DNA from: Dehalococcoidia bacterium
Lineage (GTDB): Bacteria > Chloroflexota > Dehalococcoidia > Lucifugimonadales > JAGWBF01
Direction: 5' to 3'
Length of the DNA: 64,000 nt
NCBI GenBank assembly: GCA_965197405.1
Contig: OZ240206.1
Location: 3,275,096-3,339,095, forward strand
The notes beneath the pieces were generated by a model that saw only the letters and a program-made list of their open reading frames with translations, was not told where the DNA came from and did not search any database. Position numbers and translations under genes: made by a program. Each line of letters opens with the position of its first letter. Position 1 is the stretch's first letter. Positions 51,470 to 59,070 of this stretch are shown here, piece after piece.

Positions 51470-51591
51470 CATGTACCTCCTGTGCGTTGTGTTGCCTTTG
51501 CGTTGCGCCCGGTTGCGGGCAAAGAAGAAGGGCCGGCTCTGGTTGGAACCGACCCTTCTGGTTGGGACGTGCTATGTGTGGCTCAAGTCCG

Positions 51592-52146
51592 TCAGCGGCG
51601 GAACCTCCCTGCCCGGCGTCGCATCAGGGCTCGTGACGTCAGCCACGAGCCTACGCTGAACCCAAGACAGTTGAGGATCGCCACCTCCAGGCCATGGCCG
51701 AGCAGCAACGGAGCGGAGAATGCCAGCCCAGCCACGCCATACCACTCGAACCTCCACCTAGGCCACTCCCTGAGCCACCAGAGCCTGTCAACCGGCTCGG
51801 CCAGAGATTCGTAGGCGCTCCGAAGGGGCCACCCTATCTGCACCCCCAGGGCGTCCGCCGCCACTTCGTGAGAGCAGCCCCCAGTGTGGCAGCGCGCGTC
51901 AATGCCGTTGCCGCCGGGCCTTTGCTTGAACGCCAGCCGGTCCGACTCCCCGCCATGGCAGACCGCCGTCGTCCAGAACCAGCCCCGCTCGAAGCTGACG
52001 TGATGCGGCAGCCGATTGGCGATCCACAATGCGCTTGGTCCCACGTACTGCTCCCTCACGTCCATGCCTCCCTCGTCGTCGATGTCCGTCCGTTCCGATT
52101 CCATGTCGCCTCCTTCCCCAATGTCGTGTGTCCGCAATGCTTCCAT
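51592..52146 (-). CDS. Membrane protein with a degenerate primase-type zinc-ribbon-like segment
   Basis: VCHGGESDRLAFKQRPGGNGIDARCHTGGCS resembles CxxCGGxDRF...C..CG ribbons, with His replacing Cys. Two C-terminal hydrophobic helices are present (WYGVAGLAFSAPLLLGHGL, VAILNCLGFSVGSWL). The start is taken at ATG 52146, 10 nt after AGGAGG. Confidence 0.4.
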   Translation of the reverse strand: MEALRTHDIGEGGDMESERTDIDDEGGMDVREQYVGPSALWIANRLPHHVSFERGWFWTTAVCHGGESDRLAFKQRPGGNGIDARCHTGGCSHEVAADALGVQIGWPLRSAYESLAEPVDRLWWLREWPRWRFEWYGVAGLAFSAPLLLGHGLEVAILNCLGFSVGSWLTSRALMRRRAGRFRR

Positions 52147-52330
52147 GCTTGTCATACCTCCTTCATGTGCTTGAACTTCGATGTCCTTGACTGCGTGAAC
52201 CCGTGTCGCAGTTCCAACGCCGCAGCCGACCACGAGCCGAATGCGGGACGCCGGAGTGAGAGAAGAAGCGGCCTAGGGCAAAAGACCTACGGAGCAGCCG
52301 CGAAGACGTGAGTGCTCGGCCGGTGCGAAG

Positions 52331-52395
52331 AGCCTGCCCCGTACTTGATACGGGGGCGCACCTCGACCAAAGCCTGCCCCGTATTCGATACGAGG
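52331..52395. repeat. Two adjacent REP-like palindromic elements
   Basis: AGCCTGCCCCGTACTTGATACGGGGG lies at 52331-52355 and AGCCTGCCCCGTATTCGATACGAGGG at 52371-52395. Confidence 0.75.
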
Positions 52396-52729
52396 GTGTC
52401 CGAGGGGCCGAAGCGGAATGCGCCGTGGCCGCTGCGAATATGTCCCTCCGGGGCGGCCTTCTGGAGAGCGCGATGCTCGATCCCTCCGGTCTGACCCCCT
52501 GGGCGGCTGTTCGGAGAGCGCAGTGCTCAGTCCTATGCAGCCGGTCCCGGATTCGGGGGACGGGAACCCTCCAGGTTTCTCGGCGGGAAACGCTGGAAAA
52601 GCCTGAAACTGACTCCATTATTGCCGAACGCCCGTGCGAAAGGAAGGGTTTAGCGTCATCCACGCCCAAAGTGTTCTGTTCAGTTCCACGAAACCCTAAG
52701 CGCCGTTCCGACATGGGCTAGTACCGTTT

Positions 52730-53756
52730 CAATTTAATTCTATTGGATATACATGTTTGAGCTTACTGCGAGCGTCCCCCGGTCGTGGCCGAGGGCAGGC
52801 TCTGGGTGGAGAACCGCCAGTCTATGATGGCGGCGGCCTCATTGCGCTCGCGTTCGAGCGCCGCGACCTCCCGTTTCAGCAACACTTCATCGCCGGTCCG
52901 GCGGTCCAGACACTGCCTGCTGAAGACGCTCAACTCGATCTCAGCCATGTTCAACCAGCTTCCGTGATTGGGTGTGTGGTGAAACTCCAGGCGTTTGGCT
53001 ATGCGGCGCGCCTCGGACGGCGCAAACGCTTCGTAGAGCGAGCCGGGCTTGTGGGTGTTGAGATTGTCCAGCACCAGCCGGATCACTGTGGCGTCAGGAT
53101 ATGCCTCGTCCACCAACCACTTCATCCGGTGCGCGAAGTCCACGGCAGTCCGGCACCCGGTCACCTCGACGTGCCTCCACCCACCCTTCGGTTCACAGAA
53201 CATGAACAGGTTCCGGGTCCCGTTTCGCTGGTACTCGGTGTCATAGCGCTCCACCCGTCCGGGCTTGGCTTTGACGGGCGGCCTCACGTCCCCGAGCAAC
53301 TGCTTGGAGGACTCGTCGAAACACACCACCGGACGCTCCCGGTCGTACTCTTCGCAGTACAGAGCCTGCCCCGTACTGGATACGGGGTGCGCTTCCTGCT
53401 TGCCGTCCAACTTGCGCTCCCGGCCCGGCCTTGGCTTGTCATTGATGGCGGCCTCAAGTCCTTCCTCGACGGACCGCTTCCGCACTCTGGCAACGGTGGC
53501 GGCATTGGTCAAAAGCACACCCGCTATCTCAGCGTCCCGAAGTCCTTCATCCGCTTTGAGCAGCGCCAGCGCCCGCTTGACGGTGCGGACTGACGGCTTG
53601 CCCCGGTGGGAAACCTCATTGAGACGGGAGCGTTCGGATTCAGCCAGCTTGACTTTATACTTGATGGCAGCCATGTCTGGATACTCCCTCACAGAAAGAT
53701 CATACCCAAGTATGGCTGCCTTCTCATATCCTTGTAAATCTATCTGGAAACAGTAC
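52730..53756 (-). mobile_element. IS630-family insertion sequence flanked by a TA duplication
   Basis: The terminal repeats are GTACCGTTTCAATTTAATTC (52730-) and the reverse complement of the right end, GTACTGTTTCCAGATAGATT (-53756). TA lies at 52728-29 and 53757-58. The element contains ORF 52763..53692. Confidence 0.75.
52763..53692 (-). CDS. IS630-family transposase, probably internally deleted
   Basis: The N-terminal HTH reads SVRTVKRALALLKADEGL...IAGVLLTNAATVARVRKR. The DDE region reads VVCFDESSK...NLFMFCEP...LVLDNLNTHK...EFHHTPNHGSWLNMAEIE. It is 309 aa, and the segment normally between the HTH and DDE parts is replaced by HPVSSTGQALY, encoded by a REP-like hairpin. Confidence 0.75.
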   Translation of the reverse strand: MREYPDMAAIKYKVKLAESERSRLNEVSHRGKPSVRTVKRALALLKADEGLRDAEIAGVLLTNAATVARVRKRSVEEGLEAAINDKPRPGRERKLDGKQEAHPVSSTGQALYCEEYDRERPVVCFDESSKQLLGDVRPPVKAKPGRVERYDTEYQRNGTRNLFMFCEPKGGWRHVEVTGCRTAVDFAHRMKWLVDEAYPDATVIRLVLDNLNTHKPGSLYEAFAPSEARRIAKRLEFHHTPNHGSWLNMAEIELSVFSRQCLDRRTGDEVLLKREVAALERERNEAAAIIDWRFSTQSLPSATTGGRSQ

Positions 53757-54595
53757 TAGTTTCTCCAGAGGTTGAAGGTCAGGACCCTCCGCACCCACCG
53801 CCGCAACTCCACCCAGGCTAGGGCCTTATGTACATCGTGGAGGGTCTCCTTGCGCCAGTTCAGCTGATCACTGCGCCACATGCCCGTCAGAGGCATCGTC
53901 TCCGGCGGCAGGGTCAGCCCGTGTTGTTCCAGCATGGCAACCTCCAGCGCCCGGACGCGCTCCTCGATGCGAAGCCACTCCAGGCCCTCGCCGGTGCCCC
54001 TGTGCCCCGCCTTCCAGATCTCGCGCCACTCGTGGATGAGCGGCCACGCCTCGCCGTAGACCTCCTCGTCATCGGACGCGGGCTCCTTCGTCACCAGCTC
54101 GGGGTACAGCCGCTTCGGGACGCTGGCCGCCGCCGGCTTTCCGGTTTCCTGCGCCACTTTGGACACCGCCCGGGCGCCCCGGGGAGTCACAGGCTGAGCC
54201 GGCCCCCGCCCCATGGGCTTCGGCTCTCTGACCTGCTCCTCACGCAGCGCCTGAAGATCTTCATTCATCGCTTTGCGGGCATCTTCGAGGCCGCTTAGGA
54301 ACTCTATCTCCAACGCATCCACCCGCCGGTCCAGGGCGTCAATCCGCTCGCGCTGTTGGGCCGCCTGTTCGTTGCCGTCCGCCATCACGTGCCGCTCCAG
54401 CGCCATCCGCACCAGTTCGGACAGCTCCCCGCGCTCCATGCTCGTCTGCACGGTCCTGGGATCCAACCCCAGAGTCTCCGCCGCTCCCTTCAGCCGCTTC
54501 TCCCGAACCATCCCACGCAGCAGGGTCATCAGCCTCATGTCGTGCCGCTCATCGCCGCTTGCGGTCCTTGCCTGCTGGCTTCCGTTTTCTGACAT
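53756..54595 (-). CDS. HTH / coiled-coil regulator with a conserved C-terminal domain (paralogue of 29417..30268), divergent from the T4SS operon
   Basis: The N-terminal part reads MRLMTLLRGMVREKRLKGAAETLGLDPRTVQTSMERGELS. A coiled coil follows (IDALDRRVDALEIEFLSGLEDARKAM). The C-terminal part reads YPELVTKEPASDDEEVYGEAWPLIHEWRE...LEWLRIEERVRALEVAMLEQHGLTLPP. The start is taken at ATG 54595, behind TTTGCAGAGGGAGGAAGGA. Confidence 0.75.
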   Translation of the reverse strand: MSENGSQQARTASGDERHDMRLMTLLRGMVREKRLKGAAETLGLDPRTVQTSMERGELSELVRMALERHVMADGNEQAAQQRERIDALDRRVDALEIEFLSGLEDARKAMNEDLQALREEQVREPKPMGRGPAQPVTPRGARAVSKVAQETGKPAAASVPKRLYPELVTKEPASDDEEVYGEAWPLIHEWREIWKAGHRGTGEGLEWLRIEERVRALEVAMLEQHGLTLPPETMPLTGMWRSDQLNWRKETLHDVHKALAWVELRRWVRRVLTFNLWRN

Positions 54596-54613
54596 TCCTT
54601 CCTCCCTCTGCAA

Positions 54614-54829
54614 AATCGCGGTTTATAGCTTGGGGTTTTGCGACCCAAGGGCCGGTCTGCCGTCTGCAAACTTGCCGTTTTCATACGGGGGATTTGCCCT
54701 CCCCGCAGCAACCGGCCCCTGACACAAAGTGTTCGCCGTTTTCGTCCTATAGGGAGGGCTTCCCTTCCTCTTTCAGCTTGCCCAAGACCCACTTTGCAAA
54801 CTTGCAGACCGACTCCATTCCCTGTACAG
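54614..54829 (+). repeat. Divergent-promoter region with three TGCAAAnTnGC boxes and one ~100-nt unit
   Basis: The boxes are CTCTGCAAAATCGCGG (54606-), GTCTGCAAACTTGCCG (about 54660) and CTTTGCAAACTTGCAG (about 54793). The unit at 54729-54829 carries GTGTTCGC, TCCTATAGGGAGG, CAGCTTG and CCCTGTACAG. Confidence 0.55.
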
Positions 54830-54995
54830 CCCCATGACATCAAACCGGCCCCTCGCCGGGTAATCCCCTGGAAGGGATTGCATGTATGAAACGGTTTCAT
54901 GGATGAAATCCCTTCCGAGGGATAATGCTCGTCTTCCCGCGCCTCCACACTCGGTGGCAACCATCACGAGCCCATCGACGAGGAGGAGGCGAAAC

Positions 54996-55613
54996 GTGGG
55001 AGTTCCATCGACCATCCGAAAGTCCCTTGGCAGAGCCGGGCGGCTGATGCCCCTGGCCGCCGCGCTGCTCCTGGCGGCGCTTCTGGCGATCCCCGCAAGC
55101 AACACGGCCCTGGCCCAGTCCCCGCCCGGCGACGAGATCGTCCTGGTCAACGCAGACCGGGAGTTCGTCGAGCGCAAGGGCGGAGGACAGTTCGTCGCCC
55201 GCCCCGTCTTCGACCGCAAGATCGCAAACCTCTTCTACGCCATCCGGGACGCCGACACCGGCGACTGGATCAGCGCCATGTACCGGGTGAAGGGCGGCGA
55301 GAAGAAGCGCAGCGACGGCTGGGAGTACTCGTGGGAGTACCCAGACCTGAAAGAGCACCTCGAGCTCGACCGGGACCGGGCCTACCTGCTGGTCATGCTG
55401 GCCGAGGCCGAGGACGGCAAGAGGGGCGACTTCTACGCCGTCATACCCATCCACCAGCCGGGGCGCATCTGGGACAAGATTCTGTCCGCCCTAAGCCCGG
55501 CGCGCTGGGCCAAAGCCTTCGCCGGCTGGGTCATCGAGGGCGTCCACGGGACCCTCTGCGGAGTTGTCGAGCGGGCGTCCGGCGAGGACGCCGACAACTG
55601 CCGAGGAGGGTAG
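54996..55613 (+). CDS. Secreted protein; first gene of the T4SS operon
   Basis: GTG 54996 lies behind GGAGGAGG. The signal peptide reads ...LGRAGRLMPLAAALLLAALLAIPASNTALAQS. No domain was recognised. Confidence 0.55.
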   Translation: MGVPSTIRKSLGRAGRLMPLAAALLLAALLAIPASNTALAQSPPGDEIVLVNADREFVERKGGGQFVARPVFDRKIANLFYAIRDADTGDWISAMYRVKGGEKKRSDGWEYSWEYPDLKEHLELDRDRAYLLVMLAEAEDGKRGDFYAVIPIHQPGRIWDKILSALSPARWAKAFAGWVIEGVHGTLCGVVERASGEDADNCRGG

Positions 55614-55615
55614 AC

Positions 55616-56596
55616 GTGGCCGACATCATCACCGGCACCCCTCCCGATCTGACCTACGGCCACTGGCTGGTGCAGCAGGCGTGGATGGTCGTCTGGGCCG
55701 TCACCTCCGCCGCCCTGGTGGTCATCCTCGGCTGGATGGGCCTCTCGTTCATCATCTCCGACCACGTGGGCCGCGCCCAGGCGGGGTGGCGGGAGATGGT
55801 CCCCCGCCTGGTCCTCGGCCTGGTGGCCGCCGCGTCGTCCCTCTGGTGGTGCGCCCTGGTCCTGGACGTGGCCGACGCCGTGTCCGGCTTCATTGCCTAC
55901 TCCCTGAACGTCACCCCCGGCGACATGCTGCGCTCGACCCTGAGCACGCTGATGACGGCGGTGCAGGCCGGGAGCGTGGGCATGGCGCTGCTGCTGGCGG
56001 CGCTCTACCTGGTCTACGGCTTTTTCGTGCTCTACGTCCTGGTGCAGATGGTGCTGCGCCTGGCCCTCATCGACATCCTGCTGGCCCTGGCCCCCATCGC
56101 GTTGGGGCTATGGATACTGCCCCACACGGCGGGCTGGGGCCGCCACTGGCTCCGGCTCTTCATGACGACGGTGTTCCAGCAGGCCATCCAGCTCATCGCC
56201 CTGGCGTTGGGCTTCGGGTTCCTGCGCGAGTTCGCCGCGATAGCGGCCTTCGAGCCGGTGCAGGACCTGATCTGGAAGCTGCTCATGTCCCTGGCCTTCA
56301 TCTACATGGCGAGCCGCGTCCCCGCCATGTTGGGCAACGCGGGCACCTTCGACTCATGGCTCTCGATGCTCTACTTCGGCATGAACCTGCCCTCGTCGCT
56401 GATGCGGTCGGCCCGGACCATCGGGCTGCTGGCGGGCGGGGCCGCAGGGGGTCCGGGAGGGATGGCGGTGGGCGCGATGGCGGCCAGCGCGGGCGTCTCG
56501 GCAGCCGCGAGCGGCCTCAGCTCGGCGGCTTCGATGGCGACCCCATCGGGCGGCGGAGACGCGGGCGGCGACGCCCCCAAAAGCGCCGACGAGTAA
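55616..56596 (+). CDS. Polytopic membrane protein, VirB6/TrbL-like
   Basis: GTG 55616 lies 2 nt after the upstream stop and behind GAGGAGGG. It has six or more hydrophobic helices (WMVVWAVTSAALVVILGWMGL, LVLGLVAAASSLWWCALVL, MALLLAALYLVYGFFVLYVLV, LALIDILLALAPIALGLWIL, ...). The tail is G/A-rich. It sits upstream of the pilin-like and VirB4 genes. Confidence 0.6.
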   Translation: MADIITGTPPDLTYGHWLVQQAWMVVWAVTSAALVVILGWMGLSFIISDHVGRAQAGWREMVPRLVLGLVAAASSLWWCALVLDVADAVSGFIAYSLNVTPGDMLRSTLSTLMTAVQAGSVGMALLLAALYLVYGFFVLYVLVQMVLRLALIDILLALAPIALGLWILPHTAGWGRHWLRLFMTTVFQQAIQLIALALGFGFLREFAAIAAFEPVQDLIWKLLMSLAFIYMASRVPAMLGNAGTFDSWLSMLYFGMNLPSSLMRSARTIGLLAGGAAGGPGGMAVGAMAASAGVSAAASGLSSAASMATPSGGGDAGGDAPKSADE

Positions 56597-56741
56597 CGAC
56601 AACTACAACCCATGCGGCGCGGCCCGGCCCAATCAAGAACGCGAAGGAGGTGGGAGCGATGTGCAGCTAGCCGAGCGGAGACAGCGAGACCGATAGAGAC
56701 CAGCAAGAGACTCCGAAACGGAGTCCGAGAGGAGAGAAGGA

Positions 56742-57011
56742 ATGGAAGACCTGACACAGACCATATCGAACCTGGTGGGCATCCTGCTGGGCGTCGTGGG
56801 GGCCATTGGCGTGGGCTTCTTCATCTACGGGGCCTACCTGTACCTCACGGCCAGCGGAGCGCCCCACCAGATGGAGCGCGGCAAGAGCGCCATGATGACC
56901 GCCCTGGCGGGCATCGTCCTGGCGATGGTGGCCTACGGCGTCGTGGAGTTGGTGATGAACGCGGTGGTGGGATCGCCGGTGGACCCCAACGTGCCCAACC
57001 CCACGGAGTAG
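56742..57011 (+). CDS. VirB2/TrbC-like small membrane protein (pilin-like) 1
   Basis: It is 89 aa. Two hydrophobic helices are separated by a short charged loop (LVGILLGVVGAIGVGFFIYGAYLYL-TASGAPHQMERGKS-AMMTALAGIVLAMVAYGVV). GGAGAGAAGGA lies upstream. Confidence 0.6.
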   Translation: MEDLTQTISNLVGILLGVVGAIGVGFFIYGAYLYLTASGAPHQMERGKSAMMTALAGIVLAMVAYGVVELVMNAVVGSPVDPNVPNPTE

Positions 57012-57036
57012 GCGGACGCAGGAAGGAGAGAGAGCT

Positions 57037-58737
57037 ATGAGAGAACATGAGGTGCCGACCCACGTGCAGGCCGAGGACAGGGTGCTGCTGTGGTTCACGT
57101 TTCCCCAGGTGGTGGCGATGACGGCGGTGTGCGCCCTGTCCTACGGCGCATACCGCTACGCCCCCGTCGGGCCGTCCGAGATGAGGATGGCGATTGCCGT
57201 CCTCATGGGCCTGGTTGGGCTGGTCGCCGTCGTCGGGAAGATAGGCGGTCGGCGGCTGCCCCTGGTGGCCGCCGACCTGTTGAAGTACCGGCTTGGGGCG
57301 AGGCTCTACGCCGGGCCGCCGTCCGAGCTGATGCGGAGCGAGCCGCCCGCCCCGGCCCAGCAGGTGAAGGGCGGCCCCGGCCCCCTGCGGCTGATGGCGA
57401 GGCGGGCGGGCAAGACCCTGCGCCGCCTCCGCCCCAAGCGCAAGGGCCGGGGGCGGAAGGGCGGGCGGATGCCCTTCCGCCCCCACCGCTGGTTCGGCAA
57501 GCCCAAGAGGACGGAGGCTGACAAGGACAACATCAACGGCAAGGACAAGCGCAAGAAGAAGCCGAAGGGCTTCCTCGCGGTCATGGCCGCCGTCGCTCTG
57601 GCGGCGGCGGTCGCCGTCCCACAGGCGGCCCTTGCCGACGACCACGAGCCGTGGCGGGATGAGATCGACTTCGAGGTGACGGAGCCGGTGGAGGGGCGGC
57701 GGCTCTTCGTCGAGGGACTCACCGTCTCCGGCGACCGGGCCGCCGTCACCCTGCGGGCCGCCACCGCCCTGGACATCCGGGTGCGGGCCTTCGGCGGGCC
57801 GGAGGGCAGTTGGCTGCGCTTCTGGGGATCGGCCTCCCTGGACGAGGGGGAGAGCATCGACTATTCCCTCCCGCTGCACGGACCCGCTCCGTCCTTCACC
57901 TTCTCGTGGGAGGACACGCTGGGGCAGGCTGGGGCCGTCACCGTCGAGGGCGGACAGATCCCGTACCCCCTTCCGGCCATCGACGGGGAGCTCTGCGACC
58001 TGCGGGTCGTCTCCCTGAGCTGGAGTCCGGGGGTCGTCGAAGGAGCCGTCGCCTCCGAGTGCGTGTCCACCATCGAGCACCCGGTCGAGCTTCAGACGGT
58101 GGCCGGACACGCCAGCGTCACCGAGACGGCGCTGATGGACGCCGAGGTGACGGCCATCGCCGGAACCCTCACGGTCGCCGGAAGCGGCTCCCAGGCCAGC
58201 GCGTCCTTCGTGCCGGGCGGCGAAACCCGCTTCCGGCTTCCCGTCGGAGCGGGCGAGGCCGTCCACGCCGTGTCCATTGAGGCCGACCTTGAGGCGAGTC
58301 TCAGCATCCCGATGCCCCCGCTGACGCGGCTCACCCACCACCCGGCCCGGGTCGAACACGTCACCAAGACCGTGCATCTCCATCGCCCGGGGGACAGCGA
58401 CTCCGACAGTGAGACGGCGACGGCCACCTGCGAGGACGGCTCCACGTCGTCCGCCACCGCGACGGCCTACGCCTACGTCCCCAGCGCCACCATCGCCAGG
58501 CAGGTGACGGTGAACGTCCAGCACAAGGAACACGTGAAGGCCGAGACGGTAGAGCGGTCGCCCATCGGCCGGAGCCGTGATGAGGCCCTGGCCCTGGCGT
58601 CGAGTGTCGGGGCCGACGACCCCTTCCAGGCGCTGGTCCTGCCGGAGCCTGAGCCGGTTGACCCGCCCGCCGAGCAGGAGCCCGCAGACGGCCTGAGCGA
58701 CTGGTTCAGTATCCTGGGATGGGAGTGGCCCTGGTGA
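57037..58737 (+). CDS. PrgI/VirB3-like N-terminal membrane module fused to a ~480-aa extracytoplasmic region
   Basis: MREHEVPTHVQAEDRVLLWFTFPQVVAMTAVCALSYGAY matches the PrgI-family opening (vP..v..eDki..glt..Q). A second TM helix, a K/R-rich segment and a third TM helix (FLAVMAAVALAAAVAV) follow, then a long soluble part. Confidence 0.6.
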   Translation: MREHEVPTHVQAEDRVLLWFTFPQVVAMTAVCALSYGAYRYAPVGPSEMRMAIAVLMGLVGLVAVVGKIGGRRLPLVAADLLKYRLGARLYAGPPSELMRSEPPAPAQQVKGGPGPLRLMARRAGKTLRRLRPKRKGRGRKGGRMPFRPHRWFGKPKRTEADKDNINGKDKRKKKPKGFLAVMAAVALAAAVAVPQAALADDHEPWRDEIDFEVTEPVEGRRLFVEGLTVSGDRAAVTLRAATALDIRVRAFGGPEGSWLRFWGSASLDEGESIDYSLPLHGPAPSFTFSWEDTLGQAGAVTVEGGQIPYPLPAIDGELCDLRVVSLSWSPGVVEGAVASECVSTIEHPVELQTVAGHASVTETALMDAEVTAIAGTLTVAGSGSQASASFVPGGETRFRLPVGAGEAVHAVSIEADLEASLSIPMPPLTRLTHHPARVEHVTKTVHLHRPGDSDSDSETATATCEDGSTSSATATAYAYVPSATIARQVTVNVQHKEHVKAETVERSPIGRSRDEALALASSVGADDPFQALVLPEPEPVDPPAEQEPADGLSDWFSILGWEWPW

Positions 58738-59051
58738 GGCGTCTATTGACGGCAACCCTTCTGGCCGGGGCTGCGCTGGCGACCACCGGCGCGGCCCCGC
58801 CCGAGGAGCAGGCCATGCTGGACGCCTTCGACCGGGTGTTGACTGCGATGGCCTACGCCGCCTCCGGACTCTGCCTCTTCGCCATCGTCTGGGCGGGCTT
58901 CGTCCTGATGGCCGAGGGAGCCGAGGAGCGGGGCGGCGGCAAGGCCAAGAGCGCCGTCGTGATGGCCGTCGTCGGCCTGGTGCTGGTCCTTCTGGCCAAG
59001 GCCGTCGCCGCGCTGCTGCGCAGCGGCCTCGTCCCGTTCCCCACCCCCTAG
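58734..59051 (+). CDS. VirB2/TrbC-like small membrane protein (pilin-like) 2
   Basis: The signal peptide is VRRLLTATLLAGAALATTGAA. Two helices follow (YAASGLCLFAIVWAGFVLM-AEGAEERGGGKAKS-AVVMAVVGLVLVLLAKAV). GTG 58734 overlaps the upstream TGA. ATG 58719 is the alternative start. Confidence 0.6.
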   Translation: MRRLLTATLLAGAALATTGAAPPEEQAMLDAFDRVLTAMAYAASGLCLFAIVWAGFVLMAEGAEERGGGKAKSAVVMAVVGLVLVLLAKAVAALLRSGLVPFPTP

Positions 59052-59070
59052 CGCAAAGGAGAAGACCGAG

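Noticed and set aside
55331-55615. The N-terminal 95 codons of track ORF 55331..56596.
   Set aside because: This part overlaps the 54996..55613 gene in another frame and is R/G/P-rich. A GTG with a strong GAGGAGGG RBS at 55616 starts the hydrophobic VirB6-like protein.
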